A stretch of 64,000 bases of DNA from Proteromonas lacertae (lineage: Eukaryota). The translations under genes and the position numbers were made by a program. Of the stretch, positions 53,056 through 64,000 are shown piece after piece. How positions within the stretch are numbered: position 1 is the first letter of the stretch; each line of letters starts with the position of its first letter. Below the pieces are notes generated by a model. That model was not told the DNA's origin, made no database searches, and saw nothing but the letters and a program-made list of their open reading frames with translations. Location of the stretch: assembly GCA_002245135.1 (NCBI GenBank), contig NGBS01000332.1, forward strand, positions 1-64,000, given 5' to 3'.

Positions 53056-56000
53056 ATGTTAGTTTTAGGTATTTGAAAATATAAGATATAAATAGTTACA
53101 TTAATTCTGTATGTGTTTGCAGAAAATGATTTTGATTATTCAAATCAAAATCCTAATTATGTTGTTGGTGAAACAATAATATCAAATACTCCAAATATCA
53201 GATCTAATGGAGGTGTATTTACGATAAAACCTGCTTTGAGTAAAGGCCTATTACTTGATTCAACAAGTGGTAGAATCTCCGGTACTCCTGAAGAAGAAAA
53301 TCTTGAAATATATACTGTAACACTAACCAAACAGGATGAAACTAAATTAAGCACTGTATTAGACATGAAGAGTATATAGTCAATAATTTATTATAGTATA
53401 TGGTATACCGACAATATTATCCTGTGAAATAAGTGAATTAAATATAGTTGACAATTTAACAGATTCATTTGAATGTAAATGTGATAGAAAAATAGAAAAT
53501 TGGTCAATATCTTTTCAACCATTAGGAAGTTACAATATTTCAATATCTGAAAATGGAATATTATCATTCAATAACTATTCACCAATTGATAAATTAATGT
53601 ATGTAATAGAATGATATAATATATAAATAGAATAACAATCAAAGCTAAAAATCCTTCAAATGAAAGTGGAATAACAACAGATATAATAATATCCAAAATT
53701 CCATATGAATATAAAGCAGGATTGAATATTGAAATAGACAAAATAAATGAATTTAGTTGTGGTTATGATAAAATCAGTAAAGTTTATAACCGTTTAAATA
53801 CAGTAATCGATAATATTAATGCTTTAAATGGAGATAATACTTATGTAATTTGGGATGAAAAATTGAAATATTATTTATCAACAAATCACATTGAATATTG
53901 GAATTTCACCATAAAAGGGTTGATATATGTGAACAATGAAGGTGAATATACTTTTATGACTAATTCTGATTATTCATTCTATAAAGTGTATATTGATGAA
54001 GTAAATGTATTTAACTCAACAAAATTCAATTATACAAAAGACAATAATGATTATTATGGATTTTGTAGTTTATGGGAATATTCTGAATCATCAAATAAAG
54101 TTATGTTAACATTTGGTTATCATGATTTTGAGATGAGAGGATATTATAGTAAAAAACAAAAAGAATGTTATTTTGATGATAATGATAATAATGAAAGATG
54201 TTCAGATAAATTTGATTCATCCAGTTATAGATTAAAAATGAAATGGATAAAACCAACTGCTAGTATAGAAGAATCAATTCCATTTTATCAATCTAAAACC
54301 TCCTATAAACCAGTTTCTAATTTAAAATTTGACAGTAATTATTACAGTGTTCCAATGAATAGTTATTTTGAAATTCCTTTCAAATTTGATAGAGGAAAAG
54401 CAAGTGAATGTTTTGGAGGCAGATCCATTATCAATTGATTTAGGTAAAAATATACTGAAAGGTAAAATCAATTCCAAAGTGTCAATAAAAATGTATTGTA
54501 AGACAAGTACTTCAACAACTAATACAGTTTCTATAACTATTGATATAACCAATAAATATATGAAAGGGATAGTTGGATATTATTTAAAAACTAACAATTT
54601 CAATCAATCAAATGTTAATCCATATACTTTATCCAGTGACAGTATGAATATTGAAATGATCAGATTAGAAGAAGGAATAAATCATCCATATAGAAGTGAT
54701 AATAGTTTATGGGATGGTTTAACACCTAATTTAGAAAGCGAATTTGGTGTTAATTGGGAAGGATATTTAAGAATAGATGATGATGATGATGATGATATTT
54801 ATTTCTTCAATTTAACATCTGTATATGGATCTTGGTTATTTATTGATAATAATGAAATAATAAACCATAGTGGAAATCATCAATGGATTTCAAAAAGTAA
54901 ATCAGTTGAATTAAATACAGGTTATCATTTGATTCGAGTGAATTACATGAAATATGTCAATGAAAATGGAATAGAGTTATATATGAAGAAAGGAGTGGAT
55001 GGTGTATATAAAGAATTGAATGATTATTTATACTATATTCCAAGAGATGATTTTGAGTATATTAATAGTTATGTTGTATTAGTAAAAGATAAACAAATAG
55101 ATGATATATATCCCAATATTCATGTGAATGGTTTAATAAGTGAATGTAAATCATATCCATTATTACCAAATGGTATAAAATTGACTGATTTATGTTCTAT
55201 ACATGGAATTCCCCAAATAGAATCTGAAATGAAATCTTATACAATAAGTGGTAAATTGAATAATGGTAGTATAGTAACCAGCATGATGCAGATGAGTATA
55301 GTTAATGAAATAACACCACAAGGTATTCATTTAATAGATTTAGATAATATTGGTGTAGTTTATTATGATTGGTTGAATTTGACATTAGGAGAAGAAAGAC
55401 ATTTTTCAATTGAAGTTGATAGTGGAATAGTATCGAATTATGATATAAAAAGTGAGATTGATGGTTGTACTTTTAATAAAACAACAAATATTTTGACAAT
55501 TACACCAAGAAACCTATTGCATTTGTCTGAGTTTGTAATAAAAGCATATTATAAAGGTAGTAAAATACCTATTATCAAAACATTATTTGTAAATGTAATA
55601 CTAGGTGGATGTTTAGAAAATGAAGAAATAGTTTATTTTAAATTGGAAGCAGATGATGATAAAAGAACTGGATATTTAAAATATAGATTTATGAGTTTAG
55701 ATCTATCACCAATAACTGATGAAATAATGATTGAACTTACTTCAGCTGAAGTATATTCTGAAAGAATTTGTTTAATTCCAGGTGATTATAAATTAGAAAT
55801 AGATAATATTTTTTTAAATACATTATATGATGGAAAAGTTTTAATCTATACAAATGGAATGGTTGTTGATAGTTTAGTAGTTGCTAAAGACAGTTATAAT
55901 ATTTATCAAATTACTACTGAGAATGACAAACCCATATTAGAATATAGTAAAAATAAATACGAATATTTCTTAAGTGATAATATTTCAATCATTCCAACTA

Positions 56001-59000
56001 CAAAATTTGTGAGAATATGTGAAATATCTCCCAAATTACCAAGTTGTCTTAGTTTAAATACTTCATTATGTGTAATTACTGGAAAAGTAAATGAATCATT
56101 GCCAGAAACACAGTTTACTGTAAAAGCAATTGGAGTGAATGGAATAACAATAAGAAATATAAATCTTACATTACATGATGATAATATATTTAATACATGC
56201 TATAAACAACAAAAATCAGTTGTTACAATTATAATCAATGTTGATGAAAATTATTATTTTTATCAATTGTGGGAATACAAATTATATAAGAAAAATATTG
56301 AATATAAAGATGATGCAAATCCATTAATATATTTAAATGGAAATAAGGAAGGATGGTTAAAAGATAACATTTATGAATATAATTATTGTATTGATGAAGA
56401 TGTTTATACATCTATTTATTATTGTGATGATAAATTTGGGTATGAAAATAGTTTTATTGATGTATTAGTGAATAGCATTCCTGTGACAAGAAAATCACTT
56501 ATGAAAGACGAAAAAGAAGGAGTTGATTATTTCAATGCAATATCTGATTATAATTATAATACTGAATGGGAATATTCAAGTGAATATGAAGATGGTTGGG
56601 ATGTTATTGATAAAGCAAGTGGATTATGGAAAGATTCAAGGTTGAGTGAAATAGAAGGAAGAATAAGTGGAAATGTAGTTTATATCCGAAAGATAGATTC
56701 ATTCACTGATTTAGACAAATATAATGCATTTTCGTTTAAAGTGAGTTATATTAGTGGAATAATAATACAAATAAACGGAAAAGAGATATTTCGAAACAAT
56801 TTACCAGATGGTGATATAACTCAAGATACAATGGCAAATAATATGTTTGATGCTGTGATTGATGAAGTGTTTATATTACCATTGTCATTTTTAGAAGAAG
56901 AAAAAATAATAATAACAATCGAATTACATAAACACGAAAAAGAAACTAAATTTCCTAAGATAAAAACATATTTATTAAGAATATTTGGAAGTGAAAAAGA
57001 TTGTTTGATATTAAACAAATACACAAATCCAGTAACTGAAACAAATATTGATGAGTCTTACAATTATTATACAATTAAATATGCATTTGATGAAAATCCA
57101 AATTCTGAGTTTTATACACAAACATCTATTCCAGGATGGTTAATAATGAGATTTAAAGATCATTTCCATTCTTATTTTAATCAGTTTAGTATTGATGTAG
57201 AAGATAAAAATCAAGGAACTCCTGCTGATTTTACTTTATCTGGATATGATGATAGAAATCACAATTGGAGTGATATAGCAGAATATAAGAATATTACATA
57301 TCCAGAAAATAGAAGAAGAGTGTTTTCAAACTATAATATTTCAAAACAATATAATGCAATTAGAATGGACATAACGATGCTAACTAATTATTCTAGAATA
57401 TTAAGGGTATATGATATTAATTTCAAATTATGTCCTATAAAATATTGTGAAGCTACAAGTTTACTTCCTAAAACTATAAGTGGAACTGAAATAACAATTC
57501 CATGCAATAATCAAACTTTAGAAGGAGAAAGAACATTCTATTGTAGAAATGACAAGAAATGGATAGAATTATTTTCAACATGTGAAGAATTACCAACACT
57601 TATTTATCAAGAAAAGGAATATATATTCAAAGTAGGACAGTATTATAGAGATATTAGTTTATTTAGTGTGTCAGGAAAAGATATTTACTATTCAATGTCT
57701 CCCAAAATTGAAGGATTGGAATTGGATAAAAATACTGGTTTAATATCCGGTGTAGCAAAGATAGAACTGAAGAAGCAAACAATTAATTTCAGTGTTATTG
57801 ATAAGCATTCTATTGGTAGACTGTTTATAGAAATGAATATTGCTGTATTACCTTCAGATAGACTTGTATTATTATGGAAAAACATAACAAAATTAGAAAT
57901 AGGATATTATTATAATGATTTGAGATTATTTAATTTATCTGGAAGGAATATAACATACTCAGTCGATATGCTACCAAAGGGTTTAGAAATGAATGAAACA
58001 ACAGGTTTAATAAGTGGAATGAGTGTTAGATCTATTATCATGTATTCTACAATTACAGCTAAGAATCAATTTGAAGTAGTTTTTGATTTGCCACTAGAAG
58101 TACAATCATCTTCTCATCTTGTAATAATAGAATATGAAAAAGAAGTAAATTTAACATTTGGAATGTATTATGAAAATTTACAACCATTTAAGTGTAGTGC
58201 TATCTCAATAAGATACAAAGTTGAACCAAAATTACCTGATGGATTGGAAATATATGGTTATACTGGAATAATTAGTGGGAAAATAAATGTAGAACCACCA
58301 AGTGTAGAAACCTATACATTCATATGCGAATCTATGCCTGATAGAATATCAAAAACAATCACATTCTATTATCAATATTCAATAGAACCAATAATAATCT
58401 CACATATTGAAGAATTAACATTAGAAGGAGGTAAAGAATATAACAATATTACATTAGGAAGAATAACAGGAAATAATCTATTTTATAGAATATCTCCTGA
58501 TTTACCTTCTTCAACAACATTGAAACTGAATAATTCAAATGGAATAATAACTGGTTATATTACTCGAGAATTTCAAGCAATGAATTTAACCTTAATAATA
58601 AGTGGTAGTGGAAAACAATTGTCATTTTCATTTATGTTATATTGCTCAATGCCAAATTATCCAATAATAGTTCCATCTACAAAAATATCAAAAATGAGAT
58701 ATATATTTGGAAATATAATTAAAACATCCTATTTATTCATATCTGCTGGAACAAATCTAGAAATAACAGTAAGTCCAGATTTACCAAAAGGAATGATATT
58801 AGATTCTAAAACAGGTGAAATATATGGATTACCTTCAGTATATGTAGATAAAAGAAATTATACATTTGTAATAAAGAATCCTCCATCATCGAATATAGAA
58901 TTTGTAGATGTAGAGATAGAATTAAAAGTAATCTATTGTGAATCAGATTCTGGATTTCCTAAATCATCAGCTGATATAAGAGGAAGAGAAATTTCCATAA

Positions 59001-59251
59001 AATGTGGAGGATTGAAAAGTGGAGTGAAAATAAGAAAATGTAAATTAAATAAAGAGAATAATGGAATATGGAGTGAAATAGATGATAGTGATTGTAAGAT
59101 AAACAGTGGAGCAGTGATTGGAATTGCAATTAGTTGTGTATTTGTTGGAATAATGGTAATATTGATGGTGATATTCTACTTATTAAAATCAGGAACGTTT
59201 AGAAAGAAAGCTAGATCTTCATCTTTAGTTGATAATGAAAAGATGATTTAA
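53056..59251 (+). CDS. Large PA14/putative-Ig type I surface protein (paralogue of 15881-21665); frameshift at ~54415
   Basis: Spliced signal MLVLVTLILYVFA; LSKGLLLDSTSGRISGTP and LPKGMILDSKTGEIYGLP repeats; PA14-like WEGYLRI...GYHLIRVNY; C-terminal TM. Confidence 0.85.
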
Positions 59252-59522
59252 TTATAATATTATTTTTCTTTTTATTTCATTAATCCCTTGCGTATTTTTG
59301 TTAAAACGACTCTGTAATATAGGATAAATAACAATTTCCTATTCAGTAATTCAATTCTTTCAATATTAAAGCTTAATAATAGTGTGAGGAGAATGTTATA
59401 CCTGTAAAAGAGTTTGAAGTATTTGACTGCTAATTAAGTCATTAAACCATCCTATCTAGATTGTTTTTATAAAATATCTATTTGACATTTGATATTATTC
59501 ACTTGCAATAATAAATATAGCA

Positions 59523-59795
59523 ATGAACAAAGAATCAGAAATAATATTAAATGAAATAGTAGATAACAATAGAAAATACATCATCGTCTATGGTTGGAAG
59601 AAAACTAACGATGGTAAGAGCTACAAGGATTTACACCATGAATTTATTATGGAAGATTTGATGAATTATTTAACAAAGAGTAAAATTTATAATTTAATTT
59701 TAGGCGATGATTATTTAATTAAGTATGGAACAATTGAAGAATTTGGTGAACAAGAGTATAATTTTAGGAAACGCTATTGTCATTCGTGTCAATGA
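59523..59795 (+). CDS. Short orphan ORF, possibly a frameshifted remnant
   Basis: 90 aa ATG ORF; acidic coding-like sequence continues out of frame downstream. Confidence 0.35.
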   Translation: MNKESEIILNEIVDNNRKYIIVYGWKKTNDGKSYKDLHHEFIMEDLMNYLTKSKIYNLILGDDYLIKYGTIEEFGEQEYNFRKRYCHSCQ

Positions 59796-60117
59796 CAAAG
59801 ATCAACCAGTAGATGATGATTAACAATCTGATAATGAGATGGTAAAGGAGGTTGTATTTAATACTTGGGGAGTTAATACAAACATTATTACTATAAAAAC
59901 AATTGATTTTAAAGGATAAAAATTTATATATTATAAAATTATATTATATTGAAATTGGTGTTTGTTTGGGTTATATTACGTATAACTATATAAAAATGAT
60001 GATTGTTGTGGATCAGTAGCATCATATTTTCTTATCCATTCTATTAGCTCCGCTGTCATTTTATCCATTAATTCTTTTTCTTGTTCTTCTAAACTTAATT
60101 CATGTTATGTTGGTTTA

Positions 60118-60745
60118 TGTTGTTCCTGTTGTGAGTCGTTGAGCTAAATGCGCCGTTGTGAGTTAAGAAAACTTTTTTCAATTCTAAAATGATAGTGTGT
60201 GGTTTGATGGCGAGTTATATGCAAATATAATCTTACTTTGTCATATAAGCTACATCTGCGATATATATTTTTTTGAACTTTATCCCAACATATTGAAAAC
60301 AATTATAATTTTATTTTTAATTTTTTTGCTTCAATCACTACTAGAGTAAAAAATACATTAGTTTAAGCAATTAAATCACACATATTTAGATGTTAAGACA
60401 CTTAAATCGAAAAAATAAAAAATCTATTCAAGCCTCATTCAAGCCTGTTTTTTCAAAATAAATTTAAGCAGGTAAATGCAATAAGTAGGTATTCCTTTTC
60501 TATTTAAAACCTTTATCCCGATGTCTACTATTGTTATAAGCTTTTAAAATAATATAATAATAAAAAGTGTTTCCAGTACAGGAACCTAAACACGACTATA
60601 TGATATTAGGCCAACGTAACTATTTTGGAAAACAAAGTGTTGATTAGTAATATTGAAGGGGCAGAGGTTACGTTTATGATATTAGAATTGAAAAAAGTCT
60701 TCTTAACGCTCAACGGCGCATTTAGCTCAAAGGCGCACAACAACA
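60118..60745. mobile_element. Non-autonomous TGT...ACA element related to 6208-6846
   Basis: ~40-bp imperfect TIRs with core TTGAGCTAAATGCGCCGTTG / CAACGGCGCATTTAGCTCAA. Internal blocks shared with the 6.2-kb element. No clear TSD. Confidence 0.75.
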
Positions 60746-60834
60746 TATACTAAAAGTAGATATAGTTTCTTAAATACAATCATATTATACTGTATTGATA
60801 GAATGAAATCTTCTATCAAATGTAATAAGAGTAA

Positions 60835-61032
60835 TTAATTAAACTTTGACAGCATTATATTCATTTCTAAATGTTCAGGTGATAAGCAAGATCTTTGTCC
60901 ATTACTTAACATTCCTGTGAGTGATAATATTCTTTCCACTTCATAGGAAGTAGCTTGTGCACTTAAAAACTTATGTGCAATTCTGTAAATCTTTTGAAAT
61001 CGTGATTGTAAATGTGGAATTGAATAATCCAT
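60835..61032 (-). pseudogene. hAT transposase C-terminal dimerisation-domain fragment
   Basis: KIYRIAHKFLSAQATSYEVERILSLTG...RSCLSPEHLE. Confidence 0.8.
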
Positions 61033-61431
61033 CCTTGTGATGCATTGTCTCTATATCTATGAATATAAAAAGCATGTTTGCCATTAGGCTGTCTAAACAC
61101 ACCATATGTTCTATGGTCAGATATATTCTTTGTTTTTGTCTAACTTCTCCCCTGTCATTATTTCCTTTTCTTATATCCTAATAATTCATGGTATGTAGAA
61201 GGAGAGTATGAAGATTATATTAAAGTTATTAAGCCTAATTAGTGGCTCATAAAATAATGTTATATAATTGTGTTTTAGTATTTAGTTTTATGTATAACGG
61301 CTATTTTTTCATACATAATTATATGTTCTATCAATTGTTTTTATAATATATAGCCATGAATAAGTTTTATTATAAAAATTATATTATGGAAAAATACAAT
61401 AAAACCATCACAAAAAGAAAAATGAATTAAA

Positions 61432-64000
61432 TCATTGACTTGCACCAGTTGTATTCTGAATATTGTTTTCTTTGTCATAACATTTTATGAATTTCTCTAC
61501 TGTTTTCCTATTACAATTATCAATATTGCACTTATATTCATCATTCAACACATTAATTAAATTTGTCATATCTTTATTACATTCACCTATAATGCTATTA
61601 GAATTAACTATGTTTCTAAATTGATTATAATTTTTAAGACAATTCACCAAAGAGTTTACTATTCAAATTATATATGATTAGTATACAATCATCTGCATAT
61701 TTCAATTGAGATTGTAATGATGATAAGATATTTTTGTTCAGGGAATCAAATAATTTGGAGGAATTATAGTTTTCATGAACATATGTGTATAATGATATTA
61801 GTTTATAAAAATCATTATGTTTATTCAGAAATATTATTGTCATGAATAAATATTTGAATAACACTCTTTGATATTTCTTTTGATGATAATCTAATTTATC
61901 TAACAAATTGTTGGTATTATCATATCTATATATCTTAAATTCAGAGGTTTTCTTCTTTTTTGATGATAATAATGAAGTTGCATAGTTATAAAATTCATTT
62001 TCAAACAGTGAATATTTTGGATATACTTGAATTAGATATTTCCATAATTTTGGTAAAAATTCCATTAACAAATAAGTAGTTCTAGAGTTATATTGATTTA
62101 ATTGTAATGTATATTTCATTATACCAAAACAATTTACTAATAATCGATAGATATGCCAATACACTTTTGATTTATTCAACTCACAATTTTTACAGTATAA
62201 ATTAGATATTGTATCAGAAGAAATATTTATACTATCATCATAATAACATTCTAAATGATATATAACTCCACATAATTTACATCTTATATAAGACTGTTGT
62301 GTGAATATCTTTTCACATTCTAAACATATTGAATTATTCACTATCACTTTATTTGCTGAATTGATTAGTTTGTAATTTGGTAGTAAATCTAATGATTTTG
62401 AGAAATTCTCATCCAATGAATTTATTCTAGTAATATCATCGATTTTCATTCTCTCTAAATAGTTTGATACAATTTTTAACCCACAACTTGAAAGGAAGTA
62501 AAGAATATAACTTAAATCTCTATCTCTTTCTTTATTATCAATATTTGAGATATTCTTTTCAAATGATTTTAAACATTTGTAATATTGTTTATACAACTCC
62601 AAATAATTATCCTTATACTTTAGTCTTTTATTGCATTTCACTATAAACAATAATAAATCCCAACTTGGAGTAGAATTACTATATAGTTTTTGAGCAATTG
62701 TGAAACATTCTAATGATTTTGTGAAATAAATATTTCTCTATAGAAAATGAATATTATTATGATTATATATGTATATACATCAATTTCACTATCTAATATA
62801 TCAAATGATTTTAAAGCTACACAATAATTGAAAAATCCAGCTGATAAGAAATGATTTATTTTTAACTCAACACTATCATACTTTGGAAAAATCAAATTGG
62901 TTTGAGTAAAACAATAAGAAGAATGATTAAAATAAAACTCAATTGCTTTTTTGATATTTGTACTTTCTTCTACAGCTAGATTATAACCATCTAAATAAGG
63001 TGTATCGTTGGATTTATAAAATTCTGAAGGAATATACAAATTTGATTCAAAATTGACACAATAATAAAAAAGCTCGATATAGGCTTGAGTCAATTTATAC
63101 CATATAATGAAGTTATTTGTGTTGAATGTAAGTATTTCCAAGTATAATCTAATTAATACTCTAATATCATTAACATACTTATATTCTACTTCTTTTTCAC
63201 TATTACCACTGTTGTTATTAATGGTTTTATAACTACTAAATTTTGGTATTGAAGAGTTGGTAATTTCGTCAATTTTCTGAGGAAGAGATGTAATATATTG
63301 ATTAAATAACAATGTATTATTATTATTATTGCTATTATCATTACTAAATAACAAACTGGAGATTGAGATTATTTCATTTTCACTTTCATTTTGATTCTTC
63401 ATCTTTATTTCATTTATATTACTACTATCAATTCTTTCACAATTCATAATATATTTTGTAACAATTAAATTGTTATTATTTATTACAGAATCATGTGGGT
63501 ATACATTATATAAAGATTTGTATATCATTTTAATATCATTCTTTGTGTAATTTCCGATTTTTATCATATCATCTATGAATGGATGTATAAACACAGCAAT
63601 TAGATAACTGATTTTACATATTCTTATTTCATCCAATGAGATTCTCATAAACACTTTCCACTGAAACAAACAATCAAATAATTGTAATATGCATAGCTTT
63701 TCTGATTTAGTATATTGACTAATATCTTTATTATTATACTTCTTTTGTTTAAATATATAATCTAAACTTATAACATTGAAAATATAATTGTATTTATAAC
63801 AATATTTCATATCATGTATAATGTTATGTAATGAAATAATGGTGTTTGAAATGTTTTTATTATCACCATTTCCTTCATTATTATTACCTTTTATTATTAT
63901 AAGATTGTAATAGCATATATAAACCAGTAAAATTAACAATACATTATTAGAAATAGTTACATTCAATTCATTAAAATGAATTGAATAGTATAAAGCATAT
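61432..64000 (-). CDS. Large helical protein with PHD-like finger, 5' end outside the window
   Basis: Consecutive long ORFs joined by an intron (~62.73-62.78 kb); CLEC...CKLCGVIYHLECY...YCKNC. Confidence 0.6.

Noticed and set aside
15881..59251. Stop codons created by polyadenylation, or a non-standard genetic code
   Set aside because: Every host gene I could trace ends in a genomic TAA/TAG/TGA, and most ORF breaks are explained by short GT-AG introns.
1..64000. tRNA/rRNA genes
   Set aside because: No recognisable structural RNA gene seen by eye; a covariance-model scan would be needed to exclude them.

Overview
Very AT-rich eukaryotic nuclear DNA with dense, tiny (~25-40 nt) GT-AG introns, very short intergenic spaces and TGTTTG(T)T-like 3' motifs. 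These traits, plus putative-Ig surface proteins, suggest a Blastocystis-like stramenopile (inference). The first ~15.8 kb is an accessory, mobile-element island. It starts with part of an endogenous Polinton-like/MELD-type dsDNA virus: a frameshifted major capsid gene running off the window edge, an intact penton-like gene, a basic AT-hook protein, orphan ORFs and a palindrome array. Next come a TGT...ACA fold-back element (258-bp TIRs, 5-bp TSD), a Tigger/pogo transposon (TA TSD), a broken Crinkler/RHS-like P-loop gene and a non-autonomous hAT element (8-bp TSD). From 15.9 to 59.3 kb are host genes: two large PA14/putative-Ig surface proteins, guanylate kinase, eIF2A, a PH protein, an SPFH protein, a Cdt2-like WD40 protein, a NIPA transporter, an atypical Hsp70 with a five-fold unrecognised repeat, a mucin-TM-PH protein, a P2X-EF-hand channel head-to-head with a multi-EF-hand gene, a Cet1-like RNA triphosphatase, an LRR protein and a SOS1-like Na+/H+ exchanger. 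The last 5 kb holds a second small TE cluster and a PHD-finger gene. All family calls come from motif recognition by eye; no database search was run.
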